In this document: piece after piece, positions 17,470-25,443 of the stretch
Position numbering within the stretch: position 1 is the first letter of the stretch
How the letters are laid out: the number at the start of each line of letters is the position of its first letter
NCBI GenBank assembly: GCA_039028875.1
Contig: JBCCHE010000002.1
Span: 5,212 to 69,211, forward strand
From: Myxococcota bacterium
GTDB taxonomy: Bacteria; Myxococcota_A; Polyangia; Polyangiales; Houyiibacteriaceae
Length of the DNA: 64,000 bases
Reading direction: 5' to 3'
Made by a program: the position numbers and the translations under genes
Notes under the pieces: model-generated
The model's input: only the letters and a program-made list of their open reading frames with translations
The model's database searches: none
What the model was told of the DNA's origin: nothing

Positions 17470-17895
17470 ATGGGCGCGCGACCTTTCGATGTTCGCGGAA
17501 TCGATCACGTGGTGATTCGCGCGGTCGATCCAAAGCGCGTGATCGCCTTCTACCGCGACGTGCTCGGCTGCGAGGTCGAGCGCGCGGTCGCCGAAGTGGG
17601 GATCACGCAGCTCCGCGCAGGCTCGTCATTGATCGATGTCATCGATGTGGCGGGCGAGCTCGGAAAGCAAGGCGGCGGCGCGGCGCGGCGCGACGGGCCA
17701 AACATGGACCACTTCTGCGTGCAGATCCTGCCATGGGATTCGAAGGCCATCATGGCTCACCTCGCGAGCCACGGAATCCAAGCGCCCGAAGTCCATCGAC
17801 GCTATGGCGCGCTCGGCCACGGGCCTTCGATGTATGTCCAAGACCCCGAAGGCAACACAGTCGAGCTCAAGGGCCCACCAGTCGCGGATTCCTGA
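17470..17895 (+). CDS. VOC/glyoxalase-family protein
   Basis: Internal ATG at 17470. Motifs are IDHVVIRAVDPKRVIAFYRDVLGCEV, DHFCVQI and MYVQDPEGNTVEL. Confidence 0.8.
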   Translation: MGARPFDVRGIDHVVIRAVDPKRVIAFYRDVLGCEVERAVAEVGITQLRAGSSLIDVIDVAGELGKQGGGAARRDGPNMDHFCVQILPWDSKAIMAHLASHGIQAPEVHRRYGALGHGPSMYVQDPEGNTVELKGPPVADS

Positions 17896-18021
17896 GTCAG
17901 CACGTGGGGCCGAGTGATTCTCTGGGACTCGGTTCACCGAACGGACGCAGGCCGGCGCTCGGTGGCTCGGAAGATTTACGTATTGACCGACAGCTCCGGG
18001 CAGCGATAGCTTGAGCCGTCG

Positions 18022-19848
18022 ATGTCGCCTCACCGACTGCTTTCGCCCCTCGTGGCGCTTACCCTCCTCATGACTTGTGGGTGTTCTACCGTCGCACCCG
18101 CGGATTGTCCCGAGGGCCAAGTCCCCAACGAACAAGACTTGTGTGTGCCCGTGGGCCTTTGCGACCCACCCGATTGCAATGACGGCAACAGTTGCACCGA
18201 CGATAACTGCAACGACGGAACCTGCGTCAACACCGAGCTCGACGACGGTGCAGCATGCGTCTCCGACGGTGTCGCTGGCACATGTTCCTCGGGCGTTTGC
18301 GAGCCTGACCCATGTGGGACGCTCGATTGCGACGATGGGAACGAGTGCACGCTCGACTCTTGCGAAGAGGGCGTTTGCCTGACGGAACCCGAGGTCGGAA
18401 CCGCCTGCACGGTGGAAGGCGAGGCGGGTGTTTGCGATGGGGGAACGTGCGTCGGTTGTGACGGGGACGGCTGCGTCGACTGCGAAGACGACGACGACTG
18501 CCCGGGCTTTTGCGATCCAACCACCAACACGTGCTTCGCGTGCGTCGACAACAACGACTGCAACGACCTCGACGCGTGCTCCATCGGCGTGTGCGACGAC
18601 GGGTCGTGCGAACAGCGGACCGAGCCCCAAGACGGCGAGAGCTGCCAAACCAGCTTGTCCCTGCCGGGCACATGCTCCGCGGGGTCCTGTTGGGGCTGGG
18701 GGGTGGCCGAGAGGATCGACGGCGACGCCGAGGAAAAGCGAGCCGCACGGGTTGCAATGGGCGACGACGGCGTCGCGATCGCCGTCTGGATACGGGGGCT
18801 GGTCTCGGGGCCGATCCTCTTCAACACCTACGACGATGGTTGGGGGAGCGCGGCCGTCTTCGCCTCGGACGCCAGCCCAACGACCGTCCAACTCGAGGCG
18901 TACGGCGACGGCCTCGCCATTGCGGCCTGGAGCGATGGCGACGGCTACGCGTCGCGACGCTATGCTCCGGTCTCCGGCTGGTCGGCAGAAACCAGCATCG
19001 CGTCGCCCACTGGCTCGCGGCTCAACTACGACCTCACCGCCGACCCGACCGGAACCGCGACCCTGGTGTGGGACCGCTTCGACGGCACTGACTTTCGGAT
19101 CTACGCGGGGCGCCAAGCGCCTGGCGCGGCCTGGTCGAGCGCCCAACTGATCGATACGCCTGCGACCAGCGGCAGCAACCCGTCGGCGGTCGCCGACCCC
19201 GACGGAAACGTCACAGCGGCTTGGACGGGCAACTCGAACCGCTTCACCAGCGGTGCGGGCTGGGCGCAAACGCCCCTTCAGATCACGTCGAGCCCTGGTG
19301 GGATTGAAGACATCGGCGTCGACGCCGGAGGAAACGTATACGTCGTCTGGAGCGTGGGCCTCGGCTTCTTGAAAGCCGCGCGGCTCACACCCGGAGGTTC
19401 GTGGAGCGCAGCGTTCGACGTGGGCTTCGGCGACGATGCCAGGCTGGCCGTTGATGCGGACGGCAACGCACTCGTGGTTTGGGAAGCGTCGGGGAGCATT
19501 CGCGCGCGGTACTTCGATGAGGCGTTGGGCTGGCCCGACGGTTGGAATGACGAGGAGATCGTGCAAGACACGGACGATGACCTCGACTCCGCGCGGCCGG
19601 TGGTCGCGCTCGACAACAACGGCGGCGGGGTGGCCGTGTGGCGGCGTGACCAGGAGGATACTTTCGCATCACCCCAAGACATCTGGGCGGCTCGCTTCCT
19701 CCGGACCACGGGCTGGAGCGATCCGGCCGCCATCGAGACGGGCGCAGGGACCTCGACGCTTCCGTCGTTGGCGATGGACCCGTCAGGCAACGCCGTCGCG
19801 GTGTGGATCCAAGCCGGCACCGTCTCCGCGAACCGTTTCGCTCAGTAG
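18022..19848 (+). CDS. Secreted or lipoprotein with three Cys-rich modules and a repeat-rich (propeller-like) C-terminal region
   Basis: Signal LVALTLLMTCGCS. There are three modules of the pattern DC.DGN.C..D.C..G.C...G..C...G.C..G.C. They are followed by about 9 repeats ending in G.A.AVW-type strands (GVAIAVW, GLAIAAW, GTATLVW, GNVTAAW, GNVYVVW, GNALVVW, GVAVWRR, GNAVAVW). Confidence 0.8.
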   Translation: MSPHRLLSPLVALTLLMTCGCSTVAPADCPEGQVPNEQDLCVPVGLCDPPDCNDGNSCTDDNCNDGTCVNTELDDGAACVSDGVAGTCSSGVCEPDPCGTLDCDDGNECTLDSCEEGVCLTEPEVGTACTVEGEAGVCDGGTCVGCDGDGCVDCEDDDDCPGFCDPTTNTCFACVDNNDCNDLDACSIGVCDDGSCEQRTEPQDGESCQTSLSLPGTCSAGSCWGWGVAERIDGDAEEKRAARVAMGDDGVAIAVWIRGLVSGPILFNTYDDGWGSAAVFASDASPTTVQLEAYGDGLAIAAWSDGDGYASRRYAPVSGWSAETSIASPTGSRLNYDLTADPTGTATLVWDRFDGTDFRIYAGRQAPGAAWSSAQLIDTPATSGSNPSAVADPDGNVTAAWTGNSNRFTSGAGWAQTPLQITSSPGGIEDIGVDAGGNVYVVWSVGLGFLKAARLTPGGSWSAAFDVGFGDDARLAVDADGNALVVWEASGSIRARYFDEALGWPDGWNDEEIVQDTDDDLDSARPVVALDNNGGGVAVWRRDQEDTFASPQDIWAARFLRTTGWSDPAAIETGAGTSTLPSLAMDPSGNAVAVWIQAGTVSANRFAQ

Positions 19849-19940
19849 CGGCCGGCTCCCGATCGATGATCGCCATGATCCCCGGCTGACACCGCAACCT
19901 GGTCCAGGATCGCTGGGGCACCAAGGCGCCCATCCCTCGG

Positions 19941-21554
19941 TCAGGTGGTCGCCGGCTCATCGAGGAGTTCGGGTTCCCCGGGCGCCAGCGTGGTCTGCTC
20001 GAGGCTCTCTTCGAACCCCGGAAGTCGAGCCGCGGCGAGCCCGAGCAAAAGGGCCGACAGCAGAAAGCCGAGGTCGACGTAAGCGGTGTGACTTGCTTCG
20101 GGGAGCTTGAGCGCCGCAAACGGTCCGATGCCAGTCACCATGAAGCCTATGAGGGGTGCGATGGCGAGCCCGGCCGCCCCCAACCCGAAGAGCAGGCGCA
20201 AACATCGACCGAGGGGCAGGAGCGCGCCGCCGATCATGGTCGCGACCAGCGACCCGAAAAACGCAAGGGTCATCGCCGTCCAAACGCGAGGCCCCTGCGC
20301 GAAACCCCAGGCAGCAATCGTCGCCCCAGCGGCGACTGGCAGCCCTGCGCAGCCTCCTAGGAGCGCACGGGCCACGCGCGCACCCTTCGGCGACCGCTCG
20401 GTGTTTCGTATCGCCCAGAGCCCAAAGCCCAGTCCAGCAAGTACGCAGGTCAGCAGCCCGAGCAGCATCCAAACGAGCTGCGTCGCGAAGCCAAAGAGGT
20501 TTCCGAAGTGAAGTGGCCCAATCCAGCGCAGCACTTCGCCGCCGACGGAGGGCTTGGCGCCGAGGACGGCCTTTTCGGCCAAGAAGCTTCCGTTGTGTCC
20601 GTCGTAGACGAGACCACGATTGCTGAGCGCATAGCCCGGAACGAAGACGCTCACCACCACGTGCGCTTCCTTGCCTCCCCACTCGTTCAACTGAAGTCGC
20701 CCGATCGACGTTCCGGGCGCACGTTGGCGTGCATCATCGATCATGGGCTGCACCACCGCCACCGCCTCTGACTCGGAGACCCCATAGTCGCCCTTGACGA
20801 TTGCCATCATCTGTTCCTGGTCACCCCCGAAGGCGACGACGATCATTACGGGAATCAGGATGGCGCCCGCAAAGCTGAAGAACGCGCCGGTCACCGACAG
20901 AATGAACGTGAAGGGCATGCTCCACGCCCCAATCAGTGTGTGCATATCGCCGAGCCACTGCCGCATGCTCTTGCGCGGCGGCCGAACCAGATTGCCTCGG
21001 CGCGGCCAATGGACGTAAAGCCCGGTCCCGACGAGGAGCAGAAGCAAGATGGCGATGACCCCCGTTAGAAGGAGGCCGAGCTTGCCGTCGACCAGCAGCC
21101 TCACGTGAAGCTGCACGAAGAATCGCTCTAGGCTGCTCCGAGGCTCAGACTTGACGCGGTCGCTAAATGTGAAGCGCTCTGCGCGCAGAATCGCCCCCGT
21201 GGCTGGGTCGATATCTACATAGTCGGCTCGCTTGTCGTCGTCCGGAATCGAGAAAGAGAGCGTGAGCGCCCCGGGCGCGGAGCCAACCCTGATGTCCCGG
21301 GTACCGAAGTCACCTTCGTACTTGGCGGCGAGCGCATCCTGCGCCGTCACGACCGCGCGATCGATGAAGCCCGGGGGTAGATCGGCAATTGAGGGCGCCG
21401 GTCGGTCACGGGACGCCCACCCGTCGAGATCGTGTCCAAAGACGACGAGCGCGCCGGTAAAAAAGACAATCACGCCAAGGAAGGCCGAGGCGATGCCAGC
21501 GGAACGATGGAAAAGGTAGAACACCTTGCGCCTGCCGCTCTGGCGCCGACTCAC
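19941..21554 (-). CDS. PepSY-associated TM-helix protein (PiuB/FoxB-like membrane protein)
   Basis: I place the start at GTG (complement of 21554-21552), overlapping the upstream stop as GTGA. Motifs include FYLFHRSAGIASAFLGVIVFFTGALVVF, MRQWLGDMHTLIGAWSMPFTFILSVTGAFFSF and LRWIGPLHFGNLFG. Confidence 0.75.
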   Translation of the reverse strand: MSRRQSGRRKVFYLFHRSAGIASAFLGVIVFFTGALVVFGHDLDGWASRDRPAPSIADLPPGFIDRAVVTAQDALAAKYEGDFGTRDIRVGSAPGALTLSFSIPDDDKRADYVDIDPATGAILRAERFTFSDRVKSEPRSSLERFFVQLHVRLLVDGKLGLLLTGVIAILLLLLVGTGLYVHWPRRGNLVRPPRKSMRQWLGDMHTLIGAWSMPFTFILSVTGAFFSFAGAILIPVMIVVAFGGDQEQMMAIVKGDYGVSESEAVAVVQPMIDDARQRAPGTSIGRLQLNEWGGKEAHVVVSVFVPGYALSNRGLVYDGHNGSFLAEKAVLGAKPSVGGEVLRWIGPLHFGNLFGFATQLVWMLLGLLTCVLAGLGFGLWAIRNTERSPKGARVARALLGGCAGLPVAAGATIAAWGFAQGPRVWTAMTLAFFGSLVATMIGGALLPLGRCLRLLFGLGAAGLAIAPLIGFMVTGIGPFAALKLPEASHTAYVDLGFLLSALLLGLAAARLPGFEESLEQTTLAPGEPELLDEPATT

Positions 21555-21832
21555 GAAACGAACCTTCCGATCACGGGGACCAGCGCGGCCACGGTGATGG
21601 CGCCCGTCATGATCCACGCGCGACGCCGCCGTTGAGCACCGAGGAGCAGCATAAAGGCCAACGCCCATACGAGCGGAAACGCCACGACCGCGAAGATCAC
21701 GTGATCGATTCGAGCGGGCCCTTCGGGCAGAAACGTCGTCATGCTCGCCGAGACGATGAGCGCGACGACGAACGTCGCCAGGAGGATCAGCACCTCCCGG
21801 AGCCATCGCCGACGTGGGGCTTTGGAGTTCAT
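21551..21832 (-). CDS. Small 3-TM membrane protein translationally coupled to the PepSY gene
   Basis: MNSKAPRRRWLREVLILLATFVVALIV... has three hydrophobic helices. The stop overlaps the next gene's start codon. An alternative start lies at 21871. Confidence 0.5.
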   Translation of the reverse strand: MNSKAPRRRWLREVLILLATFVVALIVSASMTTFLPEGPARIDHVIFAVVAFPLVWALAFMLLLGAQRRRRAWIMTGAITVAALVPVIGRFVS

Positions 21833-21919
21833 CGCGTTTGCACCTTCGGCATCACGATCGCATCTGATCATAGCGGGTTACCGAACGCGCCTGGCAAAGT
21901 CAACGCCATTGGACCGGGT

Positions 21920-21953
21920 TTCGGCGAGCGGTCGCCTTGGTTCGGTGAGCGGT
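21920..21953. promoter_or_regulatory. Two 13-bp direct repeats 21 bp apart; candidate LytTR-regulator binding site
   Basis: TTCGGCGAGCGGT (21920-21932), an 8-nt spacer, then TTCGGTGAGCGGT (21941-21953); 12/13 identical. The reverse complement is ACCGCTCGCCGAA. The site lies between the PepSY operon start and the kinase start. Confidence 0.45.
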
Positions 21954-22039
21954 ATCGGCTCCGTGCCTGACCCATGCCGATAGAGAGTGAGCCATCCTAC
22001 CCGTAGCCGACTTCCCGCGTTCATGGGACCCTACGGTCG

Positions 22040-23200
22040 ATGCCGCAACCGTTCTTGTCGAGCGAAACCTCGCTGCTACGCCAGCCACGGTTCTGGCTCG
22101 TCCAACTCGCCGGATGGCTGCTCATCCAACCGCTCTACTTCCGACATCAGATCGAGACGGCGTTCCGAGAAGGACTCGGGAGCCTGGCCGTCCTCCTGAC
22201 GGCATCGAGCTGCGTGTTGGCCATCGCGTGTTCGTCAGGTCTGGCCGCCGTCTATCTAAGGATACCACCGAGCTGGCTGACGGGTGTGAGAGCCATCCCC
22301 GTCGCGCTTGGGCTTTCGCTTCTGGCGTGCGTGCCGTGGGCCGTCGGCATCGAGCTCGTGGCGCGCGCGACCGCGTTTTCTGAAGACGGGGCTGAAGGCT
22401 TTGCCTATCGGTTCTTCTTCATCGGCTCGATCCTCATGGTCTGGTGGAGCGGAGCCTTTCTTTGGCTCACGCTCAGCGCCCGAGTGACGAAAACGCAGGC
22501 GCGCGCCTTGCGCGCCGAGGCGCTCGCTCACGAGGCCAAATTGATGGCGCTCCGCGCCCAGCTCAACCCCCACTTCCTGTTCAACTCTCTCAACTCGGTG
22601 GTCGGTCTCATCGGAACCGATCCGGGGCGCGCGCGCCAAATGGTGCGGGACCTCGCGGGGCTGTTGCGACGTGCCCTCGATTCGACCAAGGCGGAGCTGA
22701 CCACGATCGGCGACGAGCTCGATTTGCTCGCGCAGTACCTTCGATGCGAGTCCGTCCGGTTCCGCGAACGCCTCGAAGTGCGGGTCGACGTCCCCGATCA
22801 CGTTCGGCAGCATGCGATTCCGAGCATGCTGCTGCAGCCCCTCGTGGAGAACGCGATCAAGCACGGAATCAAGGGGACGCGCGCACTAACACTGGTCATC
22901 GTGGGTCGGTTCACGACCGATCGCACCGTGGTCATCGAAGTGCGAAATACCGGCCGTCTCGCGGGTCCGACTGCGCCCCTGCGCACCCCCTCCGCCAGGC
23001 CAGAAGAGGATGACCCGCCCGGGACTGGCTCGGGGCTCCGCATCGTTCGCGAACGGCTCGCGGCGACCTACCCCGAAAGCGGAAAGCTCGACCTGTTTGA
23101 GGACGACGGCTGGGTGGTGGCGCGCGTCAACTACGAACCCGAAGAAGCCGACCCAGCGCTTCCGAGGCTTCAGGCTACGAACGCGCGAGGCGCCGCGTGA
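22040..23200 (+). CDS. LytS/YehU-type sensor histidine kinase (His_kinase PF06580-like + HATPase)
   Basis: N-terminal ~150-aa multi-TM region. The phospho-acceptor region is LRAQLNPHFLFNSLNSVVGLI. ATPase motifs are LLQPLVENAIKHGI and GTGSGLRIVRERL. Confidence 0.88.
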   Translation: MPQPFLSSETSLLRQPRFWLVQLAGWLLIQPLYFRHQIETAFREGLGSLAVLLTASSCVLAIACSSGLAAVYLRIPPSWLTGVRAIPVALGLSLLACVPWAVGIELVARATAFSEDGAEGFAYRFFFIGSILMVWWSGAFLWLTLSARVTKTQARALRAEALAHEAKLMALRAQLNPHFLFNSLNSVVGLIGTDPGRARQMVRDLAGLLRRALDSTKAELTTIGDELDLLAQYLRCESVRFRERLEVRVDVPDHVRQHAIPSMLLQPLVENAIKHGIKGTRALTLVIVGRFTTDRTVVIEVRNTGRLAGPTAPLRTPSARPEEDDPPGTGSGLRIVRERLAATYPESGKLDLFEDDGWVVARVNYEPEEADPALPRLQATNARGAA

Positions 23201-23940
23201 CGCTGAAGGTTCTGGTGGTCGACGACGAGTACTTGGCGCGAGTCGCGCTGATCGATCTGCTTCGTCCCTACGAAAACGTCGACGTCGTTGCCGAGGCCGA
23301 CTCCGTGCAGAGCGCTGCGACGCACATCCTCGAACACGACCCCGACGTCATCTTTCTCGACATCGAGCTTCCCGACGGCAACGGTTTTGACTTGTTCGAC
23401 AGGGTGGACGTCCGGGGACACGTGGTGTTTCAGACCGCTTACGGTGAGCACGCGCTCAGAGCCTTCGAAGTCAACGCACTCGACTACTTGGTGAAGCCCG
23501 CGGAGCCGAGTCAGATCGATCGGGCGCTCGCCCGAGCTCGCAGCGCTTCTGCCGCTAGTGCGGCCAGCGTCGCAGCTACCGCCCTCGGTCCTGAAGATCG
23601 AGTTCGACTGCAAGAGCGCAGGCGCGTTCGGTTCTGTCGTGTTCGCGATATCGCCTACATTCGGAGTGCCGACGACTATGCGGAGGTCCACCTCGCCAAC
23701 GGGGAAGTGGCCCTGGTACCGGAACGACTCCAACACTGGGAATCGCGACTGCCCGACTCCTTCGTGCGCATTCACCGATCGACCCTGATCAACGCAGACC
23801 TGAGCGAGGAGATGCTGCACGAGAATGGGGCGTGGCAGGTCCGGCTTCACGGATGTTCCGATCGACTGACGGTGAGTCGACGTCTCGCACAGCAGGTGAA
23901 GGCCAAGATCCTGGGACGTCGGGGCGAAGGGCTTCGATAG
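23197..23940 (+). CDS. LytR/AlgR-family response regulator (receiver + LytTR DNA-binding domain)
   Basis: GTG start overlaps the kinase stop. Receiver motifs are VLVVDDE, IFLDIELPDGNGF and ALDYLVKP. The LytTR domain is IAYIRSADDYAEVHLANGEVALVPERLQHWESRLPDSFVRIHRSTLIN. Confidence 0.9.
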   Translation: MTLKVLVVDDEYLARVALIDLLRPYENVDVVAEADSVQSAATHILEHDPDVIFLDIELPDGNGFDLFDRVDVRGHVVFQTAYGEHALRAFEVNALDYLVKPAEPSQIDRALARARSASAASAASVAATALGPEDRVRLQERRRVRFCRVRDIAYIRSADDYAEVHLANGEVALVPERLQHWESRLPDSFVRIHRSTLINADLSEEMLHENGAWQVRLHGCSDRLTVSRRLAQQVKAKILGRRGEGLR

Positions 23941-24094
23941 CAGGCTCGCACCGCGTGGCTACGCCATCGTAGGCGAGCGAGCTTGGCAATCCGCGCGAAG
24001 CGATGAACTTCGCAAGGACCCACGAATGGCTCGCGACCGGTCTCGGTTGTCGTGGCAAGGAAACCCACAACACGGTCCGACAGACGATCCATCG

Positions 24095-24149
24095 ACCGCT
24101 CGCCGAGTGAGGGCGACCGTCTGGCGAAACGACGAGTCGCTTGTCGTCC
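24095..24149 (+). promoter_or_regulatory. Phased direct repeats upstream of the RND operon; candidate LytTR binding sites
   Basis: ACCGCTCGCCGAG (24095-24107) matches the reverse complement of the 21920 repeat at 12/13 positions. ACCGTCTGGCGAA (24116-24128) lies exactly 21 bp downstream and matches 9/13. A third core, CGCTTGTCG, lies at 24138-24146, 20 bp further on. Confidence 0.4.
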
Positions 24150-24213
24150 CCGCGTGGTAGTCGAAGAGGACCGGGTCCTGACCCGCGCTCCTGGTTGAAC
24201 GAATGACGGGACC

Positions 24214-25443
24214 ATGCTGAGACGAGCGAGCCAAGGAAGAACCGGCGCCTCTCACCACAGCCGGAGACCGCGCTCAGGCACAAACGCCTATTCGACGGGT
24301 CGAATCGACGTGAGGTGCCGCGGTTGGCAAGTCGTGCTCTGCGTGGTCGCAGTCGGGTGCGCGGAGCGCGCGCCCGCATCGTCCGAGCCCTCGGCACCCC
24401 CGGTGCATGCGGAACGAGCGGCCATCACCACCGTGGTTCCGGAGTCGATCGCAACGGCCGAGATCCTCGCTTTGCGTGAATCCCTATTACGCGCGGAGGT
24501 GCCGGGACGAGTCGTGGCCGTTCGGGTTGAAGCGGGTGATTCGGTCGAAAAAGGGGACGTTTTGGTGCGCTTGGACGTCGTGCGAACCGAATCGGCGGTC
24601 GCAGCCGCTGGAGCCTCGGTGGCCCAAAGCAAGGCCCGCTTCGAGCAAGCCCAACGTGAGTTCGCGCGAACGGAAGTGCTCGTGAAGGCCGGGGGACTCG
24701 CCGACCAAGCCCTCGACGATGCGAGAAACGAGCTTCGGGTCACCTCCGCCGTGCTCGACGCATCGCGTGCTGATGCCCGCCTTGCAAGACGAGGCCTTAC
24801 CGAGGCCGTGATTCGCGCCCCCTTCAGCGGCACGATCGTCGAGCGACACGTCGAGCTCGGCGAGTACCTAGCGCCAGGCAACGACTTGGTCCGCATTGCC
24901 GACACGAGCGTGCTCAAGGCGCGGGTCCTTCTCGACCCACGTGAGGCCCTCGGGCTTTCGGTTGGCGCGAAAGCCATCGTGGAGGCCTTCGCGCGGCCTG
25001 GCGAGCGCTTCGCGGGTCGGGTCGTCCGGGTGGGCAAAGTCATTGATCCAGACACCCGAAGGCTTCCCGCGGATGTGGAGCTCGACGACACGGAGGGCCG
25101 ACTGCTTCCTGGACTCGTCGGTCGCTTTTGGATCGCCACCGGTCCGCCGCAACCGTGGGTGACTTTGCCGAGGAGGGCCATCTTCGAGCGTTTCGGCCGA
25201 CGACACGTCTACGTCATCGAAGATGGGATAGCACGGCGGCGCGAGGTCTCGCTCGGCGCTCAACGAGACGGGCGCGCACAAATTCGGGACGGGGTTCGCG
25301 CGGGGGAGTGGGTGGTCACCGACGGGATGATGCGCGTCGTCGATGGTGCGCCCATCCGACGGGTACCTGCGACGCACCCGCAGTCACCGCGACCAAGAGA
25401 TGATTCTCTCTCTGGTTCGAGCCGGCGCGCGGACTCGCCATGA
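24214..25443 (+). CDS. RND efflux periplasmic adaptor (membrane fusion protein)
   Basis: Lipoyl-like hairpin LRAEVPGRVVAVRVEAGDSVEKGDVLVRLD, coiled-coil region, then beta-barrel and MP domains. A lipoprotein-like VVLCVVAVGCAE suggests the true start may be the GTG at 24310. The stop overlaps the RND start (ATGA). Confidence 0.85.
   Translation: MLRRASQGRTGASHHSRRPRSGTNAYSTGRIDVRCRGWQVVLCVVAVGCAERAPASSEPSAPPVHAERAAITTVVPESIATAEILALRESLLRAEVPGRVVAVRVEAGDSVEKGDVLVRLDVVRTESAVAAAGASVAQSKARFEQAQREFARTEVLVKAGGLADQALDDARNELRVTSAVLDASRADARLARRGLTEAVIRAPFSGTIVERHVELGEYLAPGNDLVRIADTSVLKARVLLDPREALGLSVGAKAIVEAFARPGERFAGRVVRVGKVIDPDTRRLPADVELDDTEGRLLPGLVGRFWIATGPPQPWVTLPRRAIFERFGRRHVYVIEDGIARRREVSLGAQRDGRAQIRDGVRAGEWVVTDGMMRVVDGAPIRRVPATHPQSPRPRDDSLSGSSRRADSP

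Noticed and set aside
17626-19566. 646-aa ORF antisense to the Cys-rich lipoprotein gene
   Set aside because: Its composition is rich in Arg, Ala, Gly and Pro and shows no motifs. It is a shadow ORF opposite a gene with a clear signal peptide, Cys modules and repeats.
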